Below, one piece after another: positions 13,228 through 26,162 of a stretch of DNA of 64,000 bases; positions within the stretch are counted from its first letter, which is position 1, and every line of letters starts with the position of its first letter. The stretch lies in assembly GCA_001949185.1 (NCBI GenBank), contig BDGG01000001.1, forward strand, positions 1,168,652 to 1,232,651. The letters run 5' to 3'. The notes under the pieces are model-generated. The model was not told the DNA's origin. It did not search any database and saw only the letters and a program-made list of their open reading frames with translations. Position numbers and translations under genes: made by a program. The DNA comes from Ramazzottius varieornatus (Eukaryota; Animalia; Tardigrada).

Positions 13228-13522
13228 TAGTGATATTGGCAGAAGCTAATCAGAACCTGATATAATTTTAATGTAATATCGACACTCCGGGTCGAGCCTA
13301 ATATTAATATAACTTAATATCAGTATAAAGTCGTTTTGCATCTAGTAGGCTAATGTGAATATGATATATTAGCCGGAATGGGCCATCTTGCACCGAATTT
13401 AATATTAATTTGATAAGTTTTTCTCTGGAGTCATCTAGTAAATTTTAATATAATGTATTACATGAAAAAAGGTTTTATTATTGCGTAATATAATACAATA
13501 TTGATATATGCCAACGTCACTA
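13228..13522. mobile_element. hAT-type MITE, AT-rich, 295 bp
   Basis: TIRs TAGTGATATTGGCA / TGCCAACGTCACTA (12/14 match) with a perfect 8-bp TSD ATCTCCTG at 13220-13227 and 13523-13530. Confidence 0.9.
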
Positions 13523-14121
13523 ATCTCCTGCAGAAACTTGAAGTCGTCATCGTCCAACTCGTCCATGTTTAGACAACAGATCGAAAAACACGAGGGAAAC
13601 GGAACCTACGGCGTGGGGGATATCGATGTGAGGTGGAAAAGTATGAAGTTTTAATTTTAGTGCGAAGTTTCTCACAGAAAGCCATATAAAAGTGTTGTTT
13701 TCAACAGCTTGTGATTGGTGAAGTTCGGTGCTGCACCCGCAAAAAGGGGGGGGGCACCTTTAAGAAGGACAAGAGGCAGCTGGTCGAGACCAGCGAAAAC
13801 GGTCTGCCTTGCAGGCTGCATTACGGACAGCGAGGCATTTTGTCTATGAGCGATTCGGCAATCGCCAATGTAACCTGAGGCAATGTGCAGGAAAGGCAAA
13901 GTGAAAAGACGGCAATGTTTACCAATTACCATCTATGGACGAGGGAAAAACCCAATCTGATCAGCAGAAAGCATCATTCAGACTGGCTCGACTGGGGAAG
14001 CCTGGATTAGCCTAGAAATTCCATTTTTGTAATTATCTTCCCACTTCCAAACTTCCAGCGCCTGACAAGTTTGCTGAACGTTGAAGCTAGCTTTCCTGAG
14101 GGCGTTTGGCGATTACTCAGG

Positions 14122-15829
14122 ATGGTGAACGAAGGGGAATCGGACGCTGTAGCAGGCAAGCAGGCAGCGAAAGAGGAAAAGAAGTTGTCTCGTTGCGCTC
14201 TGGTGAGTTGTTTTGTTTTCTTGTCGTGAAACGAGTCTATATTTTGTTCTATCATTTGCAGGTGACCGGAGCCAACAAAGGGATCGGATATGGTTTAGTT
14301 CGGGCGCTGTCCAAAAAGTTCAAAGGCACCGTTTACTTGACAGGTAACTTAAGCCAACATCGACATAGCTCAATGCGGAAATGTTCACCCGGTCTATCGC
14401 AGCTTTGTCGTGCTTTGTAGGGCGGTTGATTACGGTTAGATCAACTTGCGTATATTTCCGAAAATAAATCTTGTATTTTGCAGCCCGTGACAAGGAACGC
14501 GGACAAGAAGCTCAGCATGCCTTGTCTCGCGACGATCGGCTTTGCGAGTTTCTTCAGCTCGATGTAAAGGACAGAGCTAGTATTGAGAAGGTGCGAGATG
14601 TCATCATGGAGAAGCATGGCGGGCTGGACTTGCTGATTCAAAATGCTGGGATAGTTGGGGCGGATTTCTACCAGATACGCTTGCCCGATGGCCCGATGAC
14701 CCCACCGCGATGGATCGACGTCGCAGATAACAACCATAACGATGTTGTCAACGAAGTTTACTCGGCAGAGGTCGCGGAAGATGTTGTCCAGACCGATTTC
14801 TTTGGTGCTTTGAACGTGGCTGAAATACTCTTCCCTCTTCTACGCTCCCACGCAAGGTAAGTGAACTTTCTTTGGGTAAACACGTGACATCCTGACCAGA
14901 GCGCAGTGCTGTGGCATAACTTACAGCACCACTTGAGCGATAATTACGAGCTCGGCAAACAAACGCGATCAGATCGTTTTTCAAGTGGCGCACGTTCTCA
15001 GTGATATGAGCTAGTGGCGTGCGCCAGTTGCAAAATTGTTCTTACCGAGTTTCTCCAAGTGGCGCGCAATCACAGCGAATATAACGATAACTTGCGTCAC
15101 TTGGAGAAACGATATGGACGAGTCTGCTCGCCGAGCTCCCAAAGTTTGGTTACGCTGAAGAACCTGGGAACTCCGACTGAATGCTTTGACACTATCCATT
15201 TCTCTTTTAGAGTAGTCTACATGTCGTCCGGATTAGGCAGCCTGCGCAATCTAGAGATTGTCGAAGTCAAAAAGCGCCTTGTCGACCCTGAACTGAGCGT
15301 GGAAGAACTGAAGAGTATCGCCAATGACTACTTACGGTATGGTATTTCCTATTACTAAATCACTGGGTGCATAGAGACATTGGCCTGATATTCAATCATA
15401 CTTTCCAGGGTAGCGAAAGAGAAAGATCCAGGAAACGTTGGATATCCGAAACATCTAGGGCCTTACTCCTTTTCGAAGATGTGCCTGACGGTTTTGACGC
15501 GACTCCAGCAGCGGGACATCGATAAAGACGAGTCGCGCGAAGACATTATAATCAATGCTGTAAGGCGCTGCACTTTTATGGCAACAAAGATTTAGATGTC
15601 TGTAGTCAAGGGTTTTTTCTAGTGTACACCTGGCTTTGTCGCAACGGAAATGACTTCTTACAAAGGTACCAAGACCATTGAAGAAGCTTTGGATACACCG
15701 CTGTATCTGGCCTTTCTGCCGCCTGGCTCCGGTCCGGAGCAGTCAAAACTGCCGCGTGGTGCCTTCGTGCGGGATCTGGTGGAGGTGGACTGGATCGGAG
15801 AACGAGACTCCTCGTTCATCAAAGTTTAA
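14122..15829 (+). CDS. CBR1: Carbonyl reductase [NADPH] 1-like short-chain dehydrogenase/reductase
   Basis: Six exons. VTGANKGIG Rossmann motif, LQLDV, LDLLIQNAG, RVVYMSS, catalytic YSFSK, INACTPGFVATEM, DTPLYLAFLP; stop 15827-15829. Confidence 0.9.
14948..15138. mobile_element. Family A element, most complete copy (palindromic, GAGCTC termini, two units)
   Basis: GAGCTCGGCAAAC...AGATCGTTTTTCAAGTGGCGCAC-N25-GTGCGCCAGTTG...CAAGTGGCGCGC-N24-TTGCGTCACTTG...GCTCGCCGAGCTC, inside an intron of the reductase gene. Confidence 0.85.
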
Positions 15830-16732
15830 CGGTTCTTACTCTTTCACCTAGCGGTCGCCGTGGTGCATGTTGTCGTATGAATGCTTCCTGTTCTTCGAGT
15901 CTTCTACTCTTTCATTATGGGTTCTCGTATTCTAGATTTCCAGCCTAGTGGTTTGCCTTGGATGTTTTGGCTGTGCTGTTTTTCGTGATTTGCTTTTTGA
16001 CATTTTTGCTTACATGTGCTTTGAAAGTATTGCACTATTGCTTCCTGTTTCACTTTCTCAAACTCTGTCGTATTCTTAATCCTCCATTGTCCGTTTGCTG
16101 CGACCAAAGAAAGAGCCCACTTACGAGCCTGTCTCCTCCGTTCGGTCCGTAGTTCGAGGCCAAAGAAACAGATTTTCTCACCGCACAGTCCAGAAAAGCG
16201 ACCGGAAGCTGAAAGTCCCATGTCGCAAAGAGGTTCATTAGGCGAAGCTGCTTATAGTTGACCGATCCGTTTTGCCTGGAAACCGCTTCGCCTACTGAAT
16301 GAATAACATGGCGTAGAATAGTGGCGTGAAACTAATCAAAGTGAGAACTGTTCAATAAACAGCTGGCTTATCAGCTGATTCCATCGTCTTCTGTGCTGCA
16401 GCTTCCAGGCTACCATAGATGTACCTGAAGGAAACATGGAATGGCTTGACAAACAGCATTGCGCAGGGCAGAATTTGGTGGGCTGATACAATTCACTCTA
16501 CCGGTGCATTCATGCCAGCCTGGCAGCTCCATTGTCTTGACTCTTGAAGAACGAGCAGTCTCAAATTCTGATTTCTCGGTGCTCCTCACAAAGAAAACTC
16601 GAAAGCCAAGAAGGGTTCCTTCCTGAACCGGAATCGTCTCTGCCATTCTTCGCTGGACATCAACCCGTACTTGGCTCGCTGGAGACGTGTCCGATCTTTT
16701 CTCTTTCAGGGTTGACCGGACGGAATACAACC

Positions 16733-18628
16733 ATGCTTCGTTTCGGCCTTGTTTCCCTTGTGTTTCTGCAGGTGTTCTCCAATGACGGCGCGGAAGCTTA
16801 CGAACGATCGGTACGTAAATTACTCTGTGATGTTTCAGAATAGAACTGCGATACTGACTTTTGTGGTTGCAGTTGAATGTGTCAGTTGATCCAGGATGTC
16901 CAGAAGCAACCACCTGTGGAGCGACATCGGAAGGCTACAGGCCCAACTTGGTCTACATCCTCTCCCAAAGTACGGCCACCCCTCCCTCCCCCAGCGTTAG
17001 TAATCCCGATCCTTCCTACCGTATCCTGTGGAGTACTATTGGAGCTCCAACGGTCCTTGTAACCGAGGCTCCAGCCGGTTCTGATCTGCATTTGACAAGC
17101 GACAATCTGAAGTGGATGGAATTCATCGAGGATTCCAAGCATGATCCTTCCTCACCCTTCCTGTTCTTGTGGGGTGGTCGGTTTGCCGGTCTCACAATCT
17201 CCAAAGTAAGATCTGTTTTTATGTTCAGTTCTTTTCCGAAAAGGTCCATGAAGATTGCGCGATGGACTGAGTCGGACACAATGTTTTTACTTCCGGTTGG
17301 AAATTTTATTTCGTAGTGGACTTGATTGTTGATTGGATAATGGATGACTGTAAATCGAGTTGATTGCCGGGAAGGTCTTGATTGTCCAGTTTCAGTTCCC
17401 TGTTTTGACCGTTGGTTTGTTTCTCTTCAGTTGATCGAATTCAATGACACGAAGTCCATCGGGAAGGTATCTGACAGCAACGCCACCTTCATCTATGACC
17501 TGTCTTCCCCCACCTGGTATCCTGTCACGTTGACCAACGAGCCGAATGGAAGAGTTGATGGGACCTTCAAGGGACTCTTGACATCAGGAGGAGTCCAGCG
17601 AAACCTCACCGTCATCGTAAGTCCGAACTCCTATCACCAACATCCACGAAGTGTACACACAGCTCTTCTTTCTTAGATGTCTGCTTTCTCCACCAACGAT
17701 CGAACTGCCATGCCACCGCACATGCTGGTCACTCCCAGCCTGGTTACAGTCCGTGTCATCCTCGACAATCTTCCCGTCCACTTCGAACGTTCCAAGTTCG
17801 CTTTGGAGCTTATCTACGCTTCTAACGATGCCTCCAACACTACCGCCAACCATAGTGTTGAACGATCGACCAGCGACCAGTACTCTCCCGGAGTCTTTAC
17901 AGTAAGGTTTCTCTTTCGCATAAACTCGCGTACTCGCTTGCCACAGTAATCTTGCGGTCTAGCGTATGCAGGTGTATGATGGGCTGTCCGATTTGGTTTA
18001 TATTGTCTTCCTCATTGCAGGTTGAACGCGTTTCGGGTTCAGACACGTTCGTTCAGTGGCGTCCCGTCGTCTACACCAGCGCGAATCCTGGCGTTAGCGA
18101 TTCCACTCGTTCCACCACCAGCGACCTTCTCAACATCACGATGGACGTGGACCGCAACCACACCGACACTGGCATGCCCTACAGTCTTCTCCAAGGCCTG
18201 GCTGGACTGACCACCACCAACAGTAACACTCTGGTTCGCTTCAACGTTAGCTTCGGGGAGAACAACGATGGATACTACAACACCTCAAAATACCAAGAAT
18301 GGTAAGAGACTTCTCAAATCAAACAGAACAAGACGAAATGGTGTTGCGCGAATGAAACGAGATGGCCTGCGCGGGTAAAACGGGGCAACTGTGATTTTGT
18401 CATTCTTATAGGTTGGTCGAAGTGGGAATCGGTCGCGCTCCCCACGATACCGTCACCAAAAGTTTGAAGTGGGTGATCGCCGTGGCGTTGGGTATTCCAG
18501 CTGCTCTACTCCTGGTGGGTGCGTTGTACGCGGCATACGTCAAATTCGGGAGAAGTCGACTGGAGGATCGCACTTTGTTGGTGAAGGAGACGACCACGGT
18601 GACCAACTACGACTCTGTCAACCAGTGA
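16733..18628 (+). CDS. GLMP: Glycosylated lysosomal membrane protein (NCU-G1 family)
   Basis: Signal peptide; NLVYI...ILWSTIGAPTVLV, LIEFND, PHMLVTP, SKFALEL, DQYSPGVF, FVQWRPVVY, FNVSFG..NDGYY; one TM segment; C-terminal YDSVNQ YxxPhi lysosomal motif; many N-glycosylation sequons; six coding exons. Confidence 0.9.
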
Positions 18629-19172
18629 AGTATCTTCTTCGGTATTGAGTTTCTTTTTAGTATTGATGTTGCCACTTGTTCTAGTGCCTTTTATTGACCG
18701 TCTTTCTGGCTTACTGTTTTATTCCTCAGTTTGTTTTTATAAGGAATGCACTCATTGCCCGTCTCACAGTTGTAAATGACATGCATCTCCGTTTTTTGTC
18801 ATACTTCGAAAATTACCTTCTCTGCCTAGCTCTCTTTCGACGCTTGCCTGTTCTCGTTTTAATCTCCGTCGTCATACCACTGTTGTATCTTTACCCGAAT
18901 ATTTCAGGTATAGGTTAAACGCATGCAAAAACTAATTTATCGTTGTGAGGCGAGTTTTCTGATTTGCTCATTGAGGTATTTGACGAGGAAAGTTAAATGC
19001 CTTACGAATAGGTGAACACTGGATCGAACAATGGAACGACTGGAAGTGTACGTTCTCTATCTGACAGCAAACTATCTTCCGTTAACCAACATGACAGAAA
19101 GAGAGAGAGTAGCGTTTAAAATATTCGAGAAATATTGATGATATTCAGAATCATTGGTGAAGGGTTCTTTTC

Positions 19173-20805
19173 TCAGTCGGTGATGGTGGTAGTCACGACT
19201 TCGGTGGTGGCTTGGGGTCCCGTCAAGTCAATGTTGCGTTTGGCCTCCAGACGTTGTGTGAAACGGCTCAGTGTGTCCCGACCAACCGACAGGGCTTCCT
19301 TGGTTGCTGGGTCGTCGTTCATGGACTGATAGTTTCCGGCTGGAACACTGGTGGTGGTGGTAGCGTATCGGTCCTCCTCGACCTGCAGACCAAATTACTC
19401 TTACCGAAATGACATAAAGCACTGGGCACTATGATACCTTGGCGGCGGCTCGTCGGCCGAAGCTGCCCGAGGAAAGCTTGCGCTCGAAGACGGTGTCAGT
19501 ACCGGAGACGGGCTGGTAACCGCCGGTGCCGACGCCAGCCATCAGTGCCTGACGAGTGTAGGCGTTCTTGGACAGAATATAGCCGACGAGGATGGCGTAC
19601 AGGATGACGATGAGAGCCAGCACGTTCATGATGGTATGGTTGGAGGACACCTTGTTGATACCGATCAGGATCTCTGCAATGGCCAGGATGAAGATGCAGC
19701 GACCGGTAAACCTGTGGGCCGACTCGTACGACCCACGGAGGGGATCGCGGAAACCGGGCCACAACAGGCCAAATAAACCGATCACCCACTGTAACCAAGA
19801 AGGGCACATTTTCACAACCGGATATAGTCATATTTTGTCATCTTTAATCTCGTCACCCGCTACTTTGATTTTGCCGGTGGAGTATTTGTCTGCCTATACT
19901 GTAGCTGCAGGGTGTAAACCTCAGCAAAGATGGCGTTCTAGAGTGTACTCAAAGCTAACTTAGGCCTGGAGGCCACGCGGGAAAATCGTGGGAACACCGT
20001 TCTTGGTTACTTCTGTTTCTCCCATGGAAGCGTATTGGAATTTACCTGCAGAGAGATGAGGAGGAGAAGAGTCAGACCGAGCCAGGAGTGGACCGACTGC
20101 AGATGGGGGATACCATGGGCATCGTGGTACCAGAAGACACCGGTCACACCCACAACGATGAAGATGAAGGCGATGATATTGAGGGTGGCGTGGATAATCT
20201 TGACGTAAAACTTGTTGACCGTTCGTAGAAAACGATGGGAAAGCATCGCTACGAATTGGAATGAGCAATGAAAGTTACTGGACTTGGGCGGACGAACTCG
20301 ACAACATTATCTTCAAAAAGTGACGCACTTATACAGTGGGCAACACCGCAGATCTGCGCCACTTGCGAAAACCATCTTGTCGAGTTTATTAACCGAGCTC
20401 CCAAATCAATAGAAAAAATTTAATAGACAGCTTTCGGTTTTAGCTCTGATGTTCCAAAGTCTTACATGTTCCGGCGATGACCAAGAAAGCCAGGATTTGG
20501 AAGGTGGGGTGGAAGTTCAGCGTGCCGATGATGTAGTTGGGGTTCTTCCAGTCATAGCCGCCATTGTACCGAATGCACCAGGCCAAGATCATCAAAAAGG
20601 AGATGATACCCAAGGTGACGGCGGTAGCAGTCCACCAGATCAAGGTCTTCTGGTTGTAGTCATCTTGGTTGGCCGAGGGACCATCGCTGTCATCGTCACC
20701 GAGCCCGTTACCATTGCCGTTCCTGTAACGGATGGTACGGGTCTCCTTGACGCGGACATCGACGCGTTGGGCGCTGTCGTCGTCGGTGAAACGCGATCGC
20801 GCCAT
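19173..20805 (-). CDS. CYB561: Cytochrome b561 family protein (transmembrane ascorbate-dependent reductase), paralog 1
   Basis: All four heme-ligand His present (NFHP, KIIHA, SVHSWLG, SAHRFTG); six TM segments; last exon 19382-19173 after a 55-nt intron. Confidence 0.9.
20281..20400. repeat. Family A element in intron 1 of cytochrome b561 paralog 1
   Basis: AAAGTGACGCAC-N25-CTGCGCCACTTG (20317-20365) followed by CGAAAACCATCTTGTCGAGTTTATTAACCGAGCTC. Confidence 0.8.
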
Positions 20806-21693
20806 CTTGGACCTTATTCAAATCTGTTAGAACCAAAGGGGAGAATAGTTAGTAGCAGGAGAATAAGAGTGAAAGAAGGGAATCAGGGCCGGGTATACCT
20901 GGTAAAGTGTAGCTTCAACGTTGAGTTCTTCGGTGGAACGCTCGAAGAAGGCAACGTTGTCGGTTTCCACCGTTGCTGCTTGCTAGCATGAAGGTCTCCG
21001 CTGCTGGCTTTCCATTGTCTCGCACCCCTCGGGCGCATTGTTTGTGGCAACTGCCGAGAACCTTCGGGCCAAAACTATCTGCCCAGAGTTACGAAGCTTC
21101 TCTTCACTTTGTGGCTTTTCATCGCTGTAGACTAAAGCAAGTTATACTGTAAGACGTACAGTAGGTAAGGATGATACCGCATGTTTTCCGCTACCTGATG
21201 ATACGGCAAGGACCGTATTCAAGATACCATCAGGTAACTATCGACTGGCATTTTCTGATGTCGGTACCCTCAAGTAGCCCGAATAGCTTGGAAAAGCCAG
21301 GGGAAAGCGCTGCCGACAGGTAGAATTTGCCGTGTCGTCGAGACAATGACGTCGAGCTTCGTTTACCGTAAGCCAGTTTCGTCTCACCCCCGAGGTACCA
21401 CTTTAAAGTCCTAGCCATCGTATCTTAAAGTTTTCTACCCATTTCTGCCATGTCGGCTCGAATGCCAACGGGACTGTAAGAATGACAATTTATTCGACAA
21501 TATACTGAGACATGTGGCGTCGCATCCAGATTGCTTCAAGGGAAAGATTTAAGAGTAACACATGATCATATTGTTGTTCTGCGATAATTTTAGTCATTGC
21601 GCGATCAAACAATAAAATCCGGAACGGTCGACTACGAGTAAATGCAAGCGTGTATGACACCAAAAGGTTTCAAAGGCTAAAAAGACTAAAGAT

Positions 21694-22976
21694 CTAGGTA
21701 TATCGGACGGTGGTGCTGGCTAGCGGGGCATTCTCATCCTCCATCTGGCCACGGGCATCGGGGTGTCGGTACATGCGTCCTCGGTAGAAGACGTCGGTGG
21801 ACAGCAGGTACCCTCCCAAGAGTGCGTAGGCCGCCACGGTCAAGGCCATGGTGTTCATGGTGCTGGTGGGCTTCAGCTGGTCGATACCGATCAGGACGGT
21901 GGCACAGCCCAGCAGGAAGATGATGTTACCGCTGAAGATGTGCACTCCGCGGACGGCCACGCGACGCGCTCCATGGACACCGGGCCACAACAGACCGAAG
22001 AAACCGGCCAACCACTAAAACACATAGTAATAAAAAACACCTTCGTGGAAATTTCCCCGACAATTTAGATGCTACTGGATTGATGAGGGTTAAAACTGGA
22101 GCTATTATTGCTTGTGGGTTTTCGTTATTGTGCCCATCAAGATTGGCATCGCCTGGAGGTAGGAAAAGTGTCGCGGAATTTCTGTCGTCTTCTTTTCATG
22201 ATTGTCTGTATGGATTAAAAGTTTACCTGGATGGCGATGAGGATGAGGACGACCAAGCCGACCCAGCTGTGGACCGACACGAAGTGGTGCGCCGTTCGTC
22301 TCTCACCCTGGGCCTGGGCATCCTTGCTCCAGCCAGCCGAGTACACCCCAATGATCATCAGAATGTAACCGAACAAGTTCAAGAGAGCGTGAGTCCATTG
22401 CAAGACCCAAATGTTGGCGTCAGGAAACACACGGTAGATCAGGACACCTACAGGAAAAAACACGGCTCATTTAGTGCCATCATCGAAACTTCCGTGACTG
22501 TCGACCTGGGTGCCCGACACAAGTTGGGCACGCTACCAGCCGACATCACTGATCATGTGCGCCACTTGAGAAAACCACCTTGTCGAATTTGTTTGCCGGG
22601 CTTTCGAGTAGCGTAACCGATACTAAATACGTTACATTGACGCGGTAGTGTGACGGTTAGGGTAGAGAAGCTTACTGTGGCCAATGATTGTGAGGAAACC
22701 CAAAGTTTGGAAGAGAGGGTGAAAGTTGAACATGCGGACAGGCGAAAAGACATTCTTCCACTGCAGTCCCCCACTGTTGCTGATGTAGACACCGACGAGG
22801 ATCAACATCAAGATAGTCAGCAGCCAGTACAGCCCCAGCCATCCCCAAAGCCATTTGGGCCGGCTGGTCGATACACCGTCGGCTCCCACTCCCGCTCCTA
22901 CTCGCCCTCCATCCACCCGCGTGTACCCACGCTGTACTTCACGAATCTCCGAGGCCGACGCTCGGGAAGAACCCAT
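21694..22976 (-). CDS. CYB561: Cytochrome b561 family protein, paralog 2
   Basis: Three coding exons with intron positions matching paralog 1; His ligands NFHP, WTHA, SVHSWVG, GVHIFSG. Confidence 0.9.
22520..22605. repeat. Family A element in intron 1 of cytochrome b561 paralog 2
   Basis: CAAGTTGGGCAC-N25-GTGCGCCACTTG (22520-22568) followed by AGAAAACCACCTTGTCGAATTTGTTTGCCG. Confidence 0.8.
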
Positions 22977-24103
22977 CTTTGAAAACTCCGTACCTAAGAA
23001 AATGACTAATCAGAATATTGGAAAAAAAGAAGGGAAGAATGGTCGGTGGGAGATTATACAAACCGCGTTGACGTTGTTCAAGGTCCTCTCAAGGTAGCTA
23101 TAGTGTATAATTTTGGTCAACGTTGGTTCGCAAGACAAGGCCAACGTTGTGTGTGTGTCGGCTGGCGAGAAGGCAGGAAGGACCATTGTGTTAACGTTAG
23201 GCCAGTGAGGTAAAACTGAGCCGGAAGGTACGATGAGAAACGCTTCAGGCTCTTTATTTTTGCTTTCTTCACCAAAAGAAATGTCGTCGGGAAGCCCATC
23301 AGCGTCTGCAGGCTTTTACTGTTACGTACCACCAGCCACGGCTATACAGAAAGTCTAACATCTCAAGATGCCGGTTCACGATTGAATTTACCGAACGGTA
23401 AGGCAGGAAAAACGCCGAAAGCGTTCTGTGAAACAAGTTCACCAGGAAAGAAACTATTCGCGCGGAAAAACTGGGCAATTCAGATCAGGATCCTCGATGG
23501 AAAACCGCATACTGAGATTGCTGATTACTTTTCTTTCGTTAACTGTATTTTCCTTTTAACTGTAGTTATAATGTTCCACTTCCCTTCCCAGTATAAAGAT
23601 GTGTCCCGTGCTAAAGGGAACAAGTGCATGTTACTTCGTATTCTTCACGGGGAAACGTGACTGTATCCCCGAAGTTTCGACAAGCTAAGACAACCCAAGT
23701 TCGCTACACAGGCACGTCGCACCCTTCACCCCACAAAAGCTTCCTCCAGATTAATTAACGCCTTCCTCATTTTCACACCATCCAATCAATTAGACGTGGC
23801 GGAAGAATCTGCCGGCAGCTCTTGAGTCTGCTTACGCACAGAGCCGCTCTTGTGGTTCGTCGAAGTGAAGCCACCGGAAACACATGTCATGGCCTCTCGT
23901 TAATCCATGTACGACATTGAACTTATCATTCCAATTACAGTGCAAAAGAAGAAGGGACAGATGGTCCACTATAAAATCACCCAGGAAGATAAGGAGCTAA
24001 ATCAGTTGGAGTAACAAGCAGTGCTCAGTTCGCCAATCTCACGCTGCGCTTTCTCGTTTACGATATTCTTCCCACTCCGTTCACCTACAACTCATCTTCC
24101 ATC

Positions 24104-24572
24104 ATGAATACCCTCGTTGTATCCGTCTTCGCTCTGTCTTTGTTGGCTTCTCAGATGTTGTGCGGAGCGTCGCCGGTGTCCAATGGCGAAGACCTGTCCA
24201 CACAACAACGCCAGGTAAACTTTCCTCTGCTGTAGGATTTACGCCTACGAGCTCCAGTATGTGGCGGTAGGCATAGGACCCACAACTCACCAAAAGTTGC
24301 CTCAGTAGTCGCAACGCATACCTCGGTTGTCTCGAATAGGTCGTACATCTACTCATCCAGAATTTCTGGTTCTTGAATTTCGGGTAGAAAGATTTAGCTT
24401 TTTCTGAGTTGTGTTTTTCTTTTAGACGATCGCAACACTGGCGTCGTACATCTTGAAAATAGTGTCGACATCCAACGATTACAGCGACTTTATCAGCACC
24501 GAAAAGCGCAATGCAGAAGTGCTCAACAGTCTGATCGGACTTCCTCGTCTGTTGAAAGACAAGGGCCGATAA
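24104..24572 (+). CDS. pdf: Pigment-dispersing factor (PDF/PDH) neuropeptide precursor, 85 aa
   Basis: Exons 24104-24214 and 24426-24572 (phase-0 GT-AG): MNTLVVSVFALSLLASQMLCGASPVSNGEDLSTQQRQ|TIATLASYILKIVSTSNDYSDFISTE-KR-NAEVLNSLIGLPRLLKDK-GR*. Signal peptide, associated peptide, dibasic cleavage site, 18-mer and amidation Gly are all present. TATAAAA near 23970. Confidence 0.96.
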
Positions 24573-26162
24573 GTGCGCTATCCCATTTCCCCTTTGCTGT
24601 CCTCTTACGACGAAATGGACCCTTCCACCAAGTTTCCATTTCCGTCAGACATCCTGACACATTGCTCCGAAGAAAAACAACCACTATCCCTTTATCCCGA
24701 AATTGGTGTGAAGAACCAACAGAGAACTTATTCATTTCCCATTCCGCCGTTTCGTAAAGGCTCTACCTTCTTTCTGTAGTTGACTACTTGTTTCTATCAA
24801 AAGATAGTGCAAAGCTTTTTATGGCCTCAGTCTCCAAATTGCACCTGTCGGAGTGTCTGAATATTCTACAGTGTTTGCACGTACTCTGCTGTTGTTGATC
24901 CCTCACCAAAAAGTCCCGCTGCGACAATGTACTGCACAACAATGTTATCTTCCTCATAAACTCACCCACGTGGTAGAATACGCCGATGGTAATTCGATAG
25001 TTGCGATACCTAGAATGAAGACAAGCTCAGCATCACCGGTCTAGAGTACAGATATACTGTACGTCAATTTTACGGCTTACGAAGCTTTCCTCTCCGAAAT
25101 GTGTCAGCTGTCGATGTTAAAGTGACGGCGAACAGCCAACCACGGGTTGACGGCTGTGGGTCGACCATTGCTCTGCAGACGAAGTCAAGGAGGCATCTGC
25201 TCAACCTGGATACATTTTAGCTTGCACAAGCGAGTTTCCGTGGCTTGGATGTATCTAGGTGTAACAGAATGCTGTCGGAGAGTCGCAGACCGACAGAGTT
25301 TGCGGCAACGGAGTTCCATCAATGCTTGGGTTGCTTGACGATTTCTGAAACGATGGAAATGTGTACGAAACAGATCCAGGCGCAATAAGAACAGCAGTGT
25401 ACTTGGATGGCGCCATCTGCGAATATAATACATACACTACTTACGAGACGGAGGCGTGGCCACGTTTGCACCTTCAATCAAGAAGGCTTGTCAATCAACC
25501 AAGTGCACAGCACTGCGCTCATCCCTTGAAATGAGACTGCGGTCGAAAGAAGAGTAGGTTCTCTTCCTTCGCATGCTCAATGTTTAGTCCTTCCTGGATT
25601 TGAGATGATGAAAGATGGTGAGAAGTCGTTGCGTGTTGGCTGCTGCAGGAAACTAAGAAGAGAGGATCGAAGTCCTAGTTTACTTCCCGTTGAACGTTTC
25701 CTTGTTCCAACTTCCAGCGGAGTTCGCTGTATCGGCTACTAGATTTATTTGGCTTAGGTCGATGGTGAGGTGGTAGTTTTAGAAATAAGGATCGCGAAAC
25801 TGTAGCAGGAACATGCGTCGAAGTGAGGTGGAAAACGAAACAAGGAAGCTTGACGTGGCGGACGCGCACAGTAATCTCTGTTTGGTGAGAGCTGTCGTTG
25901 CTGCGAACTTAAACAGAAGAGCTGCGTTGCTTTTATAGAGACTAGGTAGCAGGTGTGTGTGTGCGGTCGAGACCTGCCAGCCATCTATCGATCGTTTCGA
26001 TGAAGCGAAGTGTGAAGGAAACAAGAACAGAAGAGAAGGCTGGATCGATGGAACAAACGTTGTAAGTACACCATGACGAGGCCGTGCTGGCAACTTTAAC
26101 AATAACTACAGCTTGTGCCGTCCACCCTCCGGCCAAGGGTCCAGGACACCAGTCTGGCTGAA

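Noticed and set aside
20449-22982. Long plus-strand ORFs (180, 178 and 110 aa)
   Set aside because: Antisense shadows of cytochrome b561 exons. The same applies to ORFs opposite CUL5 and SMC6.
25185-25940. Small minus-strand gene between pdf and SRSF3 (TATA-like motif near 25935, splice-like sites at 25444 and 25345)
   Set aside because: No consistent spliced ORF with a start codon; at most a non-coding or UTR transcript.
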